A stretch of DNA of 64,000 nt from an uncultured Spirochaetota bacterium. Lineage in GTDB: Bacteria; Spirochaetota; Spirochaetia; SZUA-6; Fen-1364. Position numbers and translations under genes: made by a program. The notes under the pieces were generated by a model. It was not told the origin of the DNA. It saw only the letters and a list, made by a program, of their open reading frames with translations, and did not search any database. The stretch lies in contig CAWAHW010000002.1 of NCBI GenBank assembly GCA_963781885.1, forward strand, positions 1,056,001 to 1,120,000, in the 5' to 3' direction. Below, piece by piece: positions 1-9,819 of the stretch. Each line of letters begins with the position of its first letter. The stretch's first letter is position 1.

Positions 1-20
1 GCGGGTAAGGGTAAAAAGAT

Positions 21-49
21 TTGACAAGGCATAGCGCTGGAAATATAAT
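21..49 (+). promoter_or_regulatory. sigma70 promoter of flaA operon
   Basis: Perfect TTGACA (21-26), 17-nt spacer, TATAAT (44-49). Confidence 0.85.
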
Positions 50-101
50 TTCTGGTGATTCGGGCAGGACTGATTTCCGAGTTGAGCAGAAGGAGACGGG
101 C

Positions 102-842
102 ATGAGGCCAGGATTGAGAGTGTTCCTCGGCACGGCGCTGGCAATGGCGCTCATCTTTTCCGCGGCGTTTGTCATGGCGGACGAGCAGACGCAGACGATC
201 GCGACGAGGAACATCGTGACTTTCGATGATCCTGCCACGGCCAGCAACTGGATCGTCCAGGGCAGCAAGTACGCGACATCTGGTTTTCCGCAGATGCAGC
301 TCGTCAAGGCGTGGCCGGAAGCCCTGTATGGATTCAACACGGACAACAAGAATCTCTATGCCATGGGCGTGCACGGGCGTTTCGACCGCAAGTCCTACAA
401 CTACATCGAGATCATTCCGGCGGCCAAGGATTCGTCGGGCAAGCTCGCACCGACCACCATTCCGCTTCCCGGCCGCGTCCAGAATCTCAACATGTGGGTC
501 TGGGGCGCCAACTACAACTTCTGGATCGACGCGTACATCCGCGACTATCAGGGGATCGACCACGTGCTGCACATGGGCTCCATCATGTTCCCCGGCTGGC
601 GGAACCTGTCGGCGACCATCTCGCCATCGATACCCCAGTCCCGCAGTTATATCCCGCGTTACGCGGGGCTGGTCCTCACAAAGCTCGTCCTCTGGACGGC
701 GCCGGATGAGAAGGTGGATGACTTCTATTTCTTTCTCGACGAGATCGACATCATCACGGACCTCTTCGAGACGCGATTCGACGGTGAGCAGCTCGCCGAC
801 CCGGTCACGCTGAACAATCTCTGGCAGCAGGGAAACAAATAG
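102..842 (+). CDS. flaA: Flagellar filament outer-layer (sheath) protein FlaA
   Basis: AAGGAG SD before ATG 102; signal peptide; motifs IPLPGRVQNLNMWVWGANY, LHMGSIMFPGWRNL, FYFFLDEI typical of spirochete FlaA. Confidence 0.85.
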   Translation: MRPGLRVFLGTALAMALIFSAAFVMADEQTQTIATRNIVTFDDPATASNWIVQGSKYATSGFPQMQLVKAWPEALYGFNTDNKNLYAMGVHGRFDRKSYNYIEIIPAAKDSSGKLAPTTIPLPGRVQNLNMWVWGANYNFWIDAYIRDYQGIDHVLHMGSIMFPGWRNLSATISPSIPQSRSYIPRYAGLVLTKLVLWTAPDEKVDDFYFFLDEIDIITDLFETRFDGEQLADPVTLNNLWQQGNK

Positions 843-853
843 GAGACGCGAAG

Positions 854-1597
854 ATGAAGACCCGACTGACAATTGTGCTGCTCGCTGCCATGGCTTTCCT
901 CGCGCCTTCCGCGTTCGCGCAGACCGCCGCACCCGCAGCGCCGGCGCCGAACGTGACGGCGGGAGAGCCCACCCCTTCGGAGATCGGCAAGGACCAGGCC
1001 CAGCAGCTCCTCAAGGAGGTATCGATCGAAAAGTTCGAGGATGCGGCGTTCTGGTACGCTGCCATGCCGCTCGACATGGGCGTCGCGACCTCCAAGAGGC
1101 TCGCGGGATCGCCGCAGGGCAAGCAGCCCATTGCCGACGAAGCGGCACTGGGAATCAAGGAAGACGACAAGTACGTCCTTGGCGTGAAGGTGAGCTTCTT
1201 TCACCGCGGCGCGTCCTACTTCAGCATCCATCCCCTGAATCCCATCCCGGTGGAAGGGATCGTGAAGACCCTCTCCGTCTGGGTCGTCGGGCGAAACTTC
1301 AACCACACGCTGAAGATCCTCTTCGACGACTACCGTGGCCAGGCGCAGTCCCTGACCGTCGGCACGCTGAACTTCATCGGGTGGAAGAAGCTCACGGTGG
1401 CCATCCCGCCGAGCATCCTGCAGACTGAGTACCACTACACGTATCAGAGCGGCATCCGCATCACGGGCCTGGAGATCGACTGCGATCCCCTGGATTCATT
1501 CGGAACGTACTACGTGTATTTCGATGACCTTCGCGCGGTCACCGATCTCTTCGGAGAGTCGAAAAGGGATACCGACGACATGTCGGACGACTGGTGA
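854..1597 (+). CDS. flaA: Second FlaA paralog
   Basis: Signal peptide; VLGVKVSF, PIPVEGIVKTLSVWVVGRN, GTLNFIGWKKL, YYVYFDDLRAVTDLF. Confidence 0.85.
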   Translation: MKTRLTIVLLAAMAFLAPSAFAQTAAPAAPAPNVTAGEPTPSEIGKDQAQQLLKEVSIEKFEDAAFWYAAMPLDMGVATSKRLAGSPQGKQPIADEAALGIKEDDKYVLGVKVSFFHRGASYFSIHPLNPIPVEGIVKTLSVWVVGRNFNHTLKILFDDYRGQAQSLTVGTLNFIGWKKLTVAIPPSILQTEYHYTYQSGIRITGLEIDCDPLDSFGTYYVYFDDLRAVTDLFGESKRDTDDMSDDW

Positions 1598-1616
1598 GAA
1601 GAGGGTTTCGAGGAAA

Positions 1617-1658
1617 GAAGCCCTTGCGGTCCGCCCTGGCGGGCTGCAAGGGCTTTTC
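1617..1658 (+). terminator. Intrinsic terminator after flaA operon
   Basis: AAGCCCTTGCGGTCCGCC / GGCGGGCTGCAAGGGCTT stem followed by a short T tract. Confidence 0.65.
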
Positions 1659-1688
1659 ATTCTCCGGCCCGAATGGTAATATTTTTTC

Positions 1689-2510
1689 ATGACCCCCGAG
1701 GAGGAGGTGAAAGGCCTCAACAAGCTCATCCGGCAGTATGAGACCGTGTACCGAACGACGCCGGACGCCGAGCAACGGGACCGGGCCGAGCGGCAGCTCA
1801 AGGAACTTCGCAGCTACCGCAGCAAGATCCTTGCCGTCAACGTCATCAATGCGGAGGAGCTTGAGGACGCACCGTCGGAGGAAGACGAGTTCGCCTCGAC
1901 ACCGCTCCTGCGCCAGCTCGTCGCGCAGAACACCCTGAGCCCGCGCGACGCCATCGTCCCCTTTGCAACCGGAAATGCGGGGCCGACGACAGCGCAGAAG
2001 GAGATGCTCAATCTCTGCCTGTATGCGCGCTACTTCGAGAAGGAGTTCCTGCCCTTCCTCGCGGAGAAGCAGCTGAAGCTCGACTTCAAACACTCCCTGG
2101 ACCGCGATTCCTTCTACAGCAGCTACCAGGCCCTCCAGCGGAAGATCGACAGCTACCGGGAGGAGAACGCGCGGCTTGCCGAAGGGATCGTCAGCCGCGA
2201 CATGGAGCTGGAGATCCGCAAACGGTCGAACAAGCTCGTGCGGCTCATCGAGGCCGACGCGGCGCGTTTTTTCCGCGCGCTGGAAGGATTTGCCGACGCG
2301 CTCGTGGAGGACGCCCGTGGCGATGCCGTGAAGTGCCTCAACTGCGACGCGGAGATCTCCTTCGACAGCATCGAGGGCCGCCGCGCGCTCCAGGGCCGGA
2401 AAGTGGCGGACGCCCTCGCGGACCTGCGCGATTTCGCCCTCGAAGCCATCGCCTACCTCAACATACCCGAGATCGACAGCCAGGAGAACGAGCGTGCAGA
2501 TCGACATTGA
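1689..2510 (+). CDS. Hypothetical helical protein
   Basis: 273-aa ORF with host-like codon usage, overlapping the next gene; no family recognised. Confidence 0.7.
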   Translation: MTPEEEVKGLNKLIRQYETVYRTTPDAEQRDRAERQLKELRSYRSKILAVNVINAEELEDAPSEEDEFASTPLLRQLVAQNTLSPRDAIVPFATGNAGPTTAQKEMLNLCLYARYFEKEFLPFLAEKQLKLDFKHSLDRDSFYSSYQALQRKIDSYREENARLAEGIVSRDMELEIRKRSNKLVRLIEADAARFFRALEGFADALVEDARGDAVKCLNCDAEISFDSIEGRRALQGRKVADALADLRDFALEAIAYLNIPEIDSQENERADRH

Positions 2511-2874
2511 GGCAAACTCCACGATCGGCGAGGAGTCCCTCTTCGAGGGAAAGTTCGCCATCAGGGGAAGCCTGCGCATCGACGGGAGATTCGAGGGCCA
2601 GGCCCTCATGGTGGACCAGCTCCAGATCGGCCCCAAGGGCCGCGTGAAGACGAACATCACGGCGACGAGCGTCGTCGTGGAAGGGCTCATCATCGGCAAC
2701 ATCACCTCGTCCCGCCGCATCCTGCTCCTGGCCACCGCGCGCGTTCTGGGCGACATCAAGACGCCCGAGCTCATCATCCAGGACGGCGTCATCCTCGAGG
2801 GACGGTGCACCATCAGCCACATGCAGATAGAGAATACCCCCGACTACATCCAGGGGCTGTACAACCGCAAGTAG
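2494..2874 (+). CDS. Bactofilin (polymer-forming cytoskeletal protein)
   Basis: NSTIGEESLFEGKF, GSLRIDGRFEG, VVVEGLIIGNI, ARVLGDIKTPELIIQDGVILEGRC. Confidence 0.9.
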   Translation: MQIDIEANSTIGEESLFEGKFAIRGSLRIDGRFEGQALMVDQLQIGPKGRVKTNITATSVVVEGLIIGNITSSRRILLLATARVLGDIKTPELIIQDGVILEGRCTISHMQIENTPDYIQGLYNRK

Positions 2875-2875
2875 G

Positions 2876-4051
2876 ATGGAGCAGCCCCAGGAGATCCTTC
2901 GCGGTCTGTACTTTTTCCGCAGCCTCGCGGAGGAAGACCTCGCGAAGGTTTCCGCCGTCTGCCGCGAGGAGCAGTTCGCGCCCGGGGACATGATCTGCCG
3001 CGAAGGCAGTCCCGCGGACAGGTTCTACATCATCGTTGAAGGCGCGGTGGAGGTCTGGAAGGACTGGGGCGACGCGGAGGCCGACCTCCTTGCGCGGCAC
3101 GGGCCCGGGCACATGTTCGGCGAGATGGCGTTGATCGACGAGCTGCCGCGCAGCGCCACCGTCATCGCCGCGGAGTCTTCCCGGCTGCTTTCCGTCGGCA
3201 GGGAGGACTTCCACCGCATCATCCACGAGAACGCATCGGTGGCGCTGACCGTCATGCGCTCGGTCTCGTCGATGGTCCGCGTGTCGAATGAGAATTTCGT
3301 CGAAAGCCTTCGCAAGAGGAACCGGGAGCTCGTGAAGGCAAATCGGCAGCTGAAGAGCGCCCAGCAGAAGCTGCTGCAGACGGAGCGCTTTTCCGTCCTG
3401 GGTCGATTCTCGTCCCTCATCCTCCACGACATCCGCAACCCGCTGTCGATCCTCCGCGGCTACGCGGAGATGGTGCTGCTCCATGCGCGCGACACGGCGA
3501 CGGTGGAGCGCAATATCGGCCGCATCATCGACGAGGCGGACCGTCTCAACAGGATCGCGGGGGAGCTGCTGGACTTCTCCCGCGGCGAGATCAGCCTCAA
3601 CGTCGCAATCGTGAACCTGAAGGAGCTCGTCGACGAGGTCGTCCATATCATTGCCGAGCCTTGTTCCTCGCGCCGCATCGAGATCCGCACGGACGTCGCC
3701 TGGCCGGGACCCGTCCTCATCGACCATGACCGCATGCTCCGCGTGCTCCTCAACCTCGCCGACAACTCGCGCAAGGCAATGCCGCAGGGGGGCTGCCTCT
3801 GCCTCAGCGTCGCAAAGCAGGACAAGCGGCTGTTGATCGCCGTGACGGACTCGGGTGAGGGCATGGATGCGGAGGTCCAGAAGAGGCTCTTCGAGCCCTT
3901 TTATACCTCGTCGCGCGAGGGCGGCACGGGGTTGGGCATGTCGATCGTGAAGAGCATCGTGGACGCGCACAACGGCGTTTTGTCCTTCTCCAGCAGGAAG
4001 GGTGCGGGCACCACATTTGAAATCGCACTGCCCCTGGGTGCCTCGGGCTGA
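2876..4051 (+). CDS. Cyclic-nucleotide-binding sensor histidine kinase
   Basis: cNMP motif FGEMALIDELPRSATV; H-box HDIRNPL; N-box NLADNS; G boxes DSGEG, GTGLG. Confidence 0.9.
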   Translation: MEQPQEILRGLYFFRSLAEEDLAKVSAVCREEQFAPGDMICREGSPADRFYIIVEGAVEVWKDWGDAEADLLARHGPGHMFGEMALIDELPRSATVIAAESSRLLSVGREDFHRIIHENASVALTVMRSVSSMVRVSNENFVESLRKRNRELVKANRQLKSAQQKLLQTERFSVLGRFSSLILHDIRNPLSILRGYAEMVLLHARDTATVERNIGRIIDEADRLNRIAGELLDFSRGEISLNVAIVNLKELVDEVVHIIAEPCSSRRIEIRTDVAWPGPVLIDHDRMLRVLLNLADNSRKAMPQGGCLCLSVAKQDKRLLIAVTDSGEGMDAEVQKRLFEPFYTSSREGGTGLGMSIVKSIVDAHNGVLSFSSRKGAGTTFEIALPLGASG

Positions 4052-4136
4052 AGGGGACGAGAGGTCCCTCCGCGCCCCCTTTTTATGCCCGCCCCTTGAC
4101 AATAAGGGGCCGCTCAAGTACATATCCCGTGTACGC

Positions 4137-4207
4137 TTCCCGGTAGTGTAACGGTAGCACAAAAGACTCTGGATCTTTTTGTGGGGGTTCGAATCCTCCC
4201 CGGGAAA
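4137..4207 (+). tRNA. tRNA-Gln(CTG)
   Basis: Acceptor TTCCCGG/CCGGGAA, anticodon arm AAAGA-CT-CTG-GA-TCTTT, T loop TTCGAAT; TTGACA at 4096. Confidence 0.9.
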
Positions 4208-4236
4208 GACTTACCCGCAAGCAATCGCGGGAAAGT

Positions 4237-4308
4237 GGCCCCTTCGTCTATCGGTTAGGACATGAGATTCTCAATCTTAAAAGAGGGGTTCGATTCCCCT
4301 AGGGGCTA
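4237..4308 (+). tRNA. tRNA-Glu(CTC)
   Basis: Acceptor GGCCCCT/AGGGGCT, anticodon arm TGAGA-TT-CTC-AA-TCTTA, T loop TTCGATT. Confidence 0.92.
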
Positions 4309-4336
4309 AAGAGGCGGCAGTGATGCCGCCTCTCTT
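4309..4336. terminator. Terminator hairpin between tRNA operon and convergent LamG gene
   Basis: AGAGGCGGCA-GTGA-TGCCGCCTCT. Confidence 0.65.
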
Positions 4337-4354
4337 GTTGTGCGGGAGATCCCT

Positions 4355-5114
4355 TCATTGCCGGAACAGCTCTTGGACCTGGCTCGAGGTCAGGGCAGCT
4401 GAGTAGATCCTGATGTCGTCCACCAGCCCGGCGAACTGGGGAGTGCTTCCGCCGATGATGAGAGGGCCTGCCGGGACCGGACTGTCGTAGCTGTATGCCG
4501 CAGAGCTCACGCCGAACTGGTCCCCGTCCAGGTAGCCTGTGACGGTCTGTGCCTTGCCATCATACACCTCCACGACATTGTGCCACGTGTTGAGCGTGTA
4601 CGGAGCGGCCGGCCCGAACGCCTTCACGTCGTTGGGCCCCACTTGGGTCTGGATCTTTCCTCTGTCGCCGTCCAGGTTGATGCCGTAGGAGAACTGGTTC
4701 TCCTTCGCCATCGCAGAGAACACGTCCGCGTACGAGCCGACGTAGGTCGGCGAGAGGAACCAGAGACTGATGGTGAAAGAGCTCGATGCCCGGCAGCAGA
4801 AGGCCCGTGCCGAAGCTGACGTTCGCATTGTTGTCAGGCCCGGTGATGGCGCTGACGGACAGCGCTGCATTCGCGACGCCATGCCGGTCCGGCGCGAAGC
4901 TGGTTCCGCCCAGCGACGTGCCATCGTTGCCGTTCCCGCTGCTGTCGGACAGGCTGCCGTCCATCAGCCATTCGCCAACAGAGGCCGGCAAGGCTTGCGC
5001 ACTCTTCGCACCGGGCCGACCGCTTGTCGCGCACGTGGACAGCACGAGGACTACCAGCGCGGTCGCGATGATGACGCCGGCCCTGCCAACCCAGGGCAGA
5101 TTCGATTTGCCCAT
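4355..5114 (-). CDS. LamG/concanavalin-like jelly-roll exported protein, probable lipoprotein; frameshifted near 4790
   Basis: N half (DSSGNGNDGT, PDRHGVANAAL) and C half (FTISLW, TWHNVV, YLDG, GLVDDIRIYSAALT) lie in different frames; removing one G joins them. Confidence 0.75.
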
Positions 5115-5326
5115 GTTGCACCCCCTGACTCCACGACGTCAGGCGCGCATACCCGCTGTCGTGTTCCCCATGCTTGCACAAGGCGCTCGTTCAGTCCATG
5201 AGGTTGTCGCGGTTCACGAGGGCTAGAGGCGCTGTCGTTGGAGGGCGCGAGAAAGATGGCTGCTCCGCCCTGACGGCCTGGCGCCGTCAGCCATTGCCAA
5301 CGTTTCGAGGGAAGCTAATAGGTCTT

Positions 5327-5355
5327 GTTGACAATGAGCTCTGGACGGCCTACCG
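5327..5355 (+). promoter_or_regulatory. Putative sigma70 promoter for caspase-like/BspA genes
   Basis: TTGACA, 17-nt spacer, TACCGT. Confidence 0.5.
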
Positions 5356-5426
5356 TACCGACTGGTTGCCATCCAAAGCCGAAGCGAAGGCCGCGTCGCG
5401 CGAGGCGTCACGAGGGTACTGCGACC

Positions 5427-7202
5427 ATGAAAAGGTTGTTTGTGCTCGTTCTTTTGTCGCTCTTTGGTCTGCGCCTCTTTGCGCAAAACGAGGACCTTCG
5501 AGGCCTGAAAATCGTCGTGCGTCAACTGGAGGGCGAAACGGCGGTCGCTGGCAGGCAATACGCCGTCCTGATCGCCGTGGACAAGTATCAGACGTGGATG
5601 GCGCTTCGAAACCCGGTCGAAGATGCAAAGGCTATCAAAGACATACTGGTCCGAAAATACTTCATAACCGATTTCATCGAGCTCTATAATCAGGACGCGA
5701 CAAAAGCCGGCATTATCAAGCTCTTCAACAAGCTGATCAACGACATAAAGCCGGAAGATTCCGTCTTGATTTTCTATGCGGGGCACGGGTACCTGGACAA
5801 GAGTTCCAATACTGGGTTTTGGATCCCCGTCGATGGCGGAACAGACATCTACCAGCAAGCGAACTGGCTTCCCAACGCCCAGATCAGAGGCTTCATCAGC
5901 AATATGCTGGCGCGGCATGTTGCGCTCATTGCCGATTCGTGCTTTTCGGGAGACATTCTCAATCCAACGCGCGGTCTCGCTCCAACAATCACGAGCGAGT
6001 ATTTCAAGAATGCATATGCCCGAATCTCTCGGCAGGTGCTCACGTCGGGAGCCTCAGAATCCGTTCCCGACGAGTCCCAATTCACTCGTCAGCTCAAGCT
6101 TGCCCTGGAGGGAAACACTTCTCCTTATCTGGATCCGCTGATGCTCTACAACCAGATACGATTGGGTGTCACGCAAACCACACCGCTGTTCGGTGACCTC
6201 AAGGATTCAGGACATCAGGAAGGGTCAAGCTTCCTCTTGTTTCTCAAAAGCCCAAGCGACCAAGCCGCCCCCACTGAGGGAGCCGCATCCTCCGCGCTGG
6301 GACCAAAGGCAACTTTCAGTTTGGAAAAGGTCTCGGGAAAAGTGAATATAGAGACAAAGACCCCGGGGACTCTTCTGCTCGATGGTGCGGTGCAAGGGCA
6401 GGTTCCCGCGGGGCGCATGGCAACGATTGCGAATCTCGAAGCTGGCAGCCACGAGCTGGAGATGCACTACGATAATGGCAAGACCGAAATGATACGGGTC
6501 ACGATAGATTCCGACGAGCCGCTTTCAATCAGGTTTGGAGACGTATACCCGCAGGCTGCCGCGTTGTCGGGTGCCGGAGCAGGAAGTCAGGCAGGGCTTT
6601 CCGAACCCCCAAAAACCCCTCCGAAGGATTCTTTAGTGGATGGAGATTCACTGCCGGAAGCCTCAATTAGGATCGATGGCACGTTCGATGACTGGGATGG
6701 CGTTCTGCCGGCATTCACCGCCGGTACACGGTCGCCCACGACGAAGCAGTTGGCGATTGAGAAGGTCTATTGCGCGGTCGATGGAAAGAACTTCTACGTT
6801 AGATTCGACATTCAGGACGTCACTCCGAGCTCCTTTTTTCATTCCCACAATTTCTATATGGATAAAAAGAGCTCGTACGGCATCGATTTTGAAAACGGGA
6901 TGAACCATGTCGTGGCCGAAATTAATTTTGACAACAGCCCAAAGGTTAACCGCTGGAATGTCGACATAATCAGGTTGGTTGATGGTCGCTGGGAGGTGAT
7001 CGACAAGACACGTGGAAACTACGCCATGAGAGGTTCGTCACTGGAAGCCTCCTTCCCATTGGAACCAATCAAGAAGAACCTCGGTGATCTTGGCGCGAGT
7101 GGTTTCTTCCAGGTAGGCGCGCGCACTGAGTACTTTGATGATCAATGGAATTTGATTCAAGATGGCGGAGACCATACGACGGTGAAAAAGGTCGCTTTTT
7201 GA
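5427..7202 (+). CDS. Secreted caspase-family (peptidase C14) protein with PEGA-like and C-terminal beta-sandwich domains
   Basis: Signal peptide; YAVLIAVDKY, LRNPVEDA, catalytic YAGHG and DSCFSG; IRIDGTFDDW in C-terminal domain. Confidence 0.85.
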   Translation: MKRLFVLVLLSLFGLRLFAQNEDLRGLKIVVRQLEGETAVAGRQYAVLIAVDKYQTWMALRNPVEDAKAIKDILVRKYFITDFIELYNQDATKAGIIKLFNKLINDIKPEDSVLIFYAGHGYLDKSSNTGFWIPVDGGTDIYQQANWLPNAQIRGFISNMLARHVALIADSCFSGDILNPTRGLAPTITSEYFKNAYARISRQVLTSGASESVPDESQFTRQLKLALEGNTSPYLDPLMLYNQIRLGVTQTTPLFGDLKDSGHQEGSSFLLFLKSPSDQAAPTEGAASSALGPKATFSLEKVSGKVNIETKTPGTLLLDGAVQGQVPAGRMATIANLEAGSHELEMHYDNGKTEMIRVTIDSDEPLSIRFGDVYPQAAALSGAGAGSQAGLSEPPKTPPKDSLVDGDSLPEASIRIDGTFDDWDGVLPAFTAGTRSPTTKQLAIEKVYCAVDGKNFYVRFDIQDVTPSSFFHSHNFYMDKKSSYGIDFENGMNHVVAEINFDNSPKVNRWNVDIIRLVDGRWEVIDKTRGNYAMRGSSLEASFPLEPIKKNLGDLGASGFFQVGARTEYFDDQWNLIQDGGDHTTVKKVAF

Positions 7203-7253
7203 GCGAAACCTGCTGATGCTTTTATGTCGTTGAAATCAATAAGGCGATAGATC

Positions 7254-8900
7254 ATGAGGAGAGTCATTCTTATATCGATTTTTGCTTTGTCTTTTTTCAT
7301 TGTGGATCTGACGGCGACTGCGGCCCCCGCATCGACCCATACCGTAACGTACGACGGAAACGGGAATACGGGCGGAAGCGTTCCGACGGACAGCAGCAAC
7401 TACATCCAGGGAGCGACTGCCGCCGTGTTAGGGGATAGTGGCAGCCTTGTGAAACGCAATTTCGCTTTGGCCGGATGGATGACGAAGATTGACGGAACCG
7501 GAACGAGTTATGCGGTGGGAGCTACTTTTAGGATGAGCCCCGAGGCGGTGACCTTGTACGCCCTGTGGGTACCTCTTTCTCTCAAATTCAGTAGTTCAAA
7601 GAAAAGCATCGTGATTACTGGATATGCAGTTGCGCCGAAAGGAGCCCTTACCATTCCAGCCGGTATCACCAGCATCGGGCAGTATGCCTTTCAAAATTGC
7701 AAGGGCTTGGTCAGCGTCATTATGCCCTCGAGCGTCACCAGCATCGGAATGGAGGCATTTTTCGATTGCGCGAGCCTGACAATGGTCACTCTCTCCGCCA
7801 ATGTCACCAGCATCGGGCAGTGTGCCTTCTGGAACTGCACGAGCCTATCCGACGTTACTATCCCCGCCGGCATCACCCGCGTGGCCGACGGCGTTTTCCG
7901 GGGCTGCGCGGGCCTGACCAGCATCACCATCCCTTCAGGCGTCACCACCATTGGCAGCGAGGCCTTTTCCGGCTGCGCGGGCCTGACCAGCGTCATTATC
8001 CCCGGGAGCGTCACAGGTATCGGCGAAGGTGCATTTAGCAAATGCACGATCCTCTCCAGCGTCGCTATCCCTTCCTTCGTCACGAGCATTGGCCGCTTTG
8101 CCTTTGAGGGCTGCACCAACCTGACTCGCGTCACCGTTGATCCAGCAAATGCATACTATGAATCCGACAACTCAGGTGTGTTGTTCACAAAGGGTGGTAC
8201 GACTTTGCTACAAGCTCCTGCAAAAATGAGTGGAGATTACGTCCTGCCGGCAAGCGTCATTCACATCGGCGACTTTGCCTTCCAAGAGTGCGCCAGCCTC
8301 ACCAGCGTCACTATCCCTTCCAGCGTCACGAGCATTGGCGAGAATGCCTTTCCGGGCCTCGCCAGCGTCCTTATACCCGCCAGCGTCACCAGCATCGGCG
8401 ACGGCGCGGTTTCGGGAAGCTTCGTCACTGTTGATCCCGCAAATGCATACTATGAATCCGATAGCTCTGGCGTGCTGTTTACAAAGGACGGTGCGACCCT
8501 AATACAAGTGCCAACCGAAATGAATGGAAGCTATGCCGTTCCCGCGAGCGTTACTGTCATCGATCAGTATGCCTTCGGCGGTTGCACGGGCTTGACCAGC
8601 GTCACAATCCCTGCCAGCGTCACCAGCATCGGCTACGGCAATTTTGCTAACTGCCGAGCCCTCACGAGCGTCACAATCCCTGCCAGCGTCACCAGCATCG
8701 GCGAAGGTGCATTCAATAACTGCACGCGATTGACGAGTGTTATCGTCAAAGCGACCATACCGCCGACACTCCCTTCGGGATCGTACGCATTTCATTTTGA
8801 GGCGAGCGGCTTTGTCATCAGAGTTCCCGCGGGAATTGTCGCTGCGTATAAGGCTGCTGCCGGGTGGAGCGATTACGTCTCAAAAATCGTTTCGCAGTAG
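7254..8900 (+). CDS. BspA/TpLRR leucine-rich-repeat surface protein with N-terminal Listeria-Bacteroides-type repeat
   Basis: Signal peptide; VTYDGNGNTGGSVP...AGW...TLYALW; many LTSVTIPxSVTSIGxxAFxxC repeats. Confidence 0.92.
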   Translation: MRRVILISIFALSFFIVDLTATAAPASTHTVTYDGNGNTGGSVPTDSSNYIQGATAAVLGDSGSLVKRNFALAGWMTKIDGTGTSYAVGATFRMSPEAVTLYALWVPLSLKFSSSKKSIVITGYAVAPKGALTIPAGITSIGQYAFQNCKGLVSVIMPSSVTSIGMEAFFDCASLTMVTLSANVTSIGQCAFWNCTSLSDVTIPAGITRVADGVFRGCAGLTSITIPSGVTTIGSEAFSGCAGLTSVIIPGSVTGIGEGAFSKCTILSSVAIPSFVTSIGRFAFEGCTNLTRVTVDPANAYYESDNSGVLFTKGGTTLLQAPAKMSGDYVLPASVIHIGDFAFQECASLTSVTIPSSVTSIGENAFPGLASVLIPASVTSIGDGAVSGSFVTVDPANAYYESDSSGVLFTKDGATLIQVPTEMNGSYAVPASVTVIDQYAFGGCTGLTSVTIPASVTSIGYGNFANCRALTSVTIPASVTSIGEGAFNNCTRLTSVIVKATIPPTLPSGSYAFHFEASGFVIRVPAGIVAAYKAAAGWSDYVSKIVSQ

Positions 8901-8991
8901 GCGAAACGGCGTCAACGCGATCCCGTGAGGCTGCCGGAGACCGTCATACCCGGCGAGCGAGGAACGGCCCGAAATAATCCCAAAATTTGTC

Positions 8992-9027
8992 TTTACAAAC
9001 AATCTAACAATATGTTAAAATATTAGA
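8992..9027 (+). promoter_or_regulatory. Promoter with overlapping palindromic operator (probable TetR autoregulation)
   Basis: TTTACA (8992), extended -10 TGtTAAAAT (9013-9021); TAACA-ATA-TGTTA palindrome (9005-9017). Confidence 0.55.
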
Positions 9028-9051
9028 ATCTTAGGTCGGCGGGAGGCTTGC

Positions 9052-9651
9052 ATGGCTTCTCACAGAAGAGACGAAATCCTGGCGGCTGCCGGAAACTGTT
9101 TTGCGAAGTTCGGCTTTGAAAAAACGACCCTCGATGATATTGGTGCGCTGGTCGGCGTGAACAAGGTGTCCTTGTATCATTACTTTAAGAACAAAGAAGC
9201 CATTTTTGTCGAACTGATCACCCGGGAAGCCGATGAGTATGGCCAATCGATTCACCGCAAGGTTGATGCCATCAAGTGCTGCAAGGACAAGATCCTCGCC
9301 TGGATAAAAGAAGGCTTTAGGTACAGCACGACGAACAGCATTCTAAACCAGTTCTCCATCGAATCGCTGGACAAGCTGACTCCTCAACTGGAGGAACTGA
9401 AGGTTTACGGGATGAAGAAAGGGATTGAATACATCGAGACAATCCTGATCGACGGCCAGCAAAAGAACGAGGTCATTGCCTGCGATGCACGCCGGGTTGC
9501 GGAATCAATTCAGAACGTCGTGTATGCGATAAAAGATCAGGCGTATCATCAGGCAAGATCCAATCCCGACAGGAAGATGGATTTTGGCAAACTGGTCGAC
9601 GATGTGGTTTTTGCCGTCTCGCTCATACTTGACGGGATTACTTCAAAATAG
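9052..9651 (+). CDS. TetR/AcrR family transcriptional regulator
   Basis: RRDEILAAA...GFEKTTLDDIG...SLYHYFKNKEAIF HTH. Confidence 0.93.
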   Translation: MASHRRDEILAAAGNCFAKFGFEKTTLDDIGALVGVNKVSLYHYFKNKEAIFVELITREADEYGQSIHRKVDAIKCCKDKILAWIKEGFRYSTTNSILNQFSIESLDKLTPQLEELKVYGMKKGIEYIETILIDGQQKNEVIACDARRVAESIQNVVYAIKDQAYHQARSNPDRKMDFGKLVDDVVFAVSLILDGITSK

Positions 9652-9663
9652 CCGGGGGACATT

Positions 9664-9816
9664 ATGGCAGAACTGGATTTGGAGTTTGCGCGCCTGCTTG
9701 ACGTGGAGAAAACCCCTCCCGGCAAACTGGCGGAATATGGCGCGGCAGTTGTCATGGCGCGCCTGTGGCCCGGGGACGTCGCCGATCTCCTGAGGATTTG
9801 GATCGAGGAGGAGTAG
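9664..9816 (+). CDS. 50-aa protein resembling the FliF C-terminal FliG-binding tail
   Basis: Manually translated MAELDLEFARLLDVEKTPPGKLAEYGAAVVMARLWPGDVADLLRIWIEEE; GGGGG before ATG; fills the tetR-fliG gap. Confidence 0.65.
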   Translation: MAELDLEFARLLDVEKTPPGKLAEYGAAVVMARLWPGDVADLLRIWIEEE

Positions 9817-9819
9817 CGC

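Noticed and set aside
5174-5426. Possible riboswitch or small ORF upstream of the caspase gene
   Set aside because: No match by eye to c-di-GMP or other aptamer cores; explained by a promoter and 5'UTR
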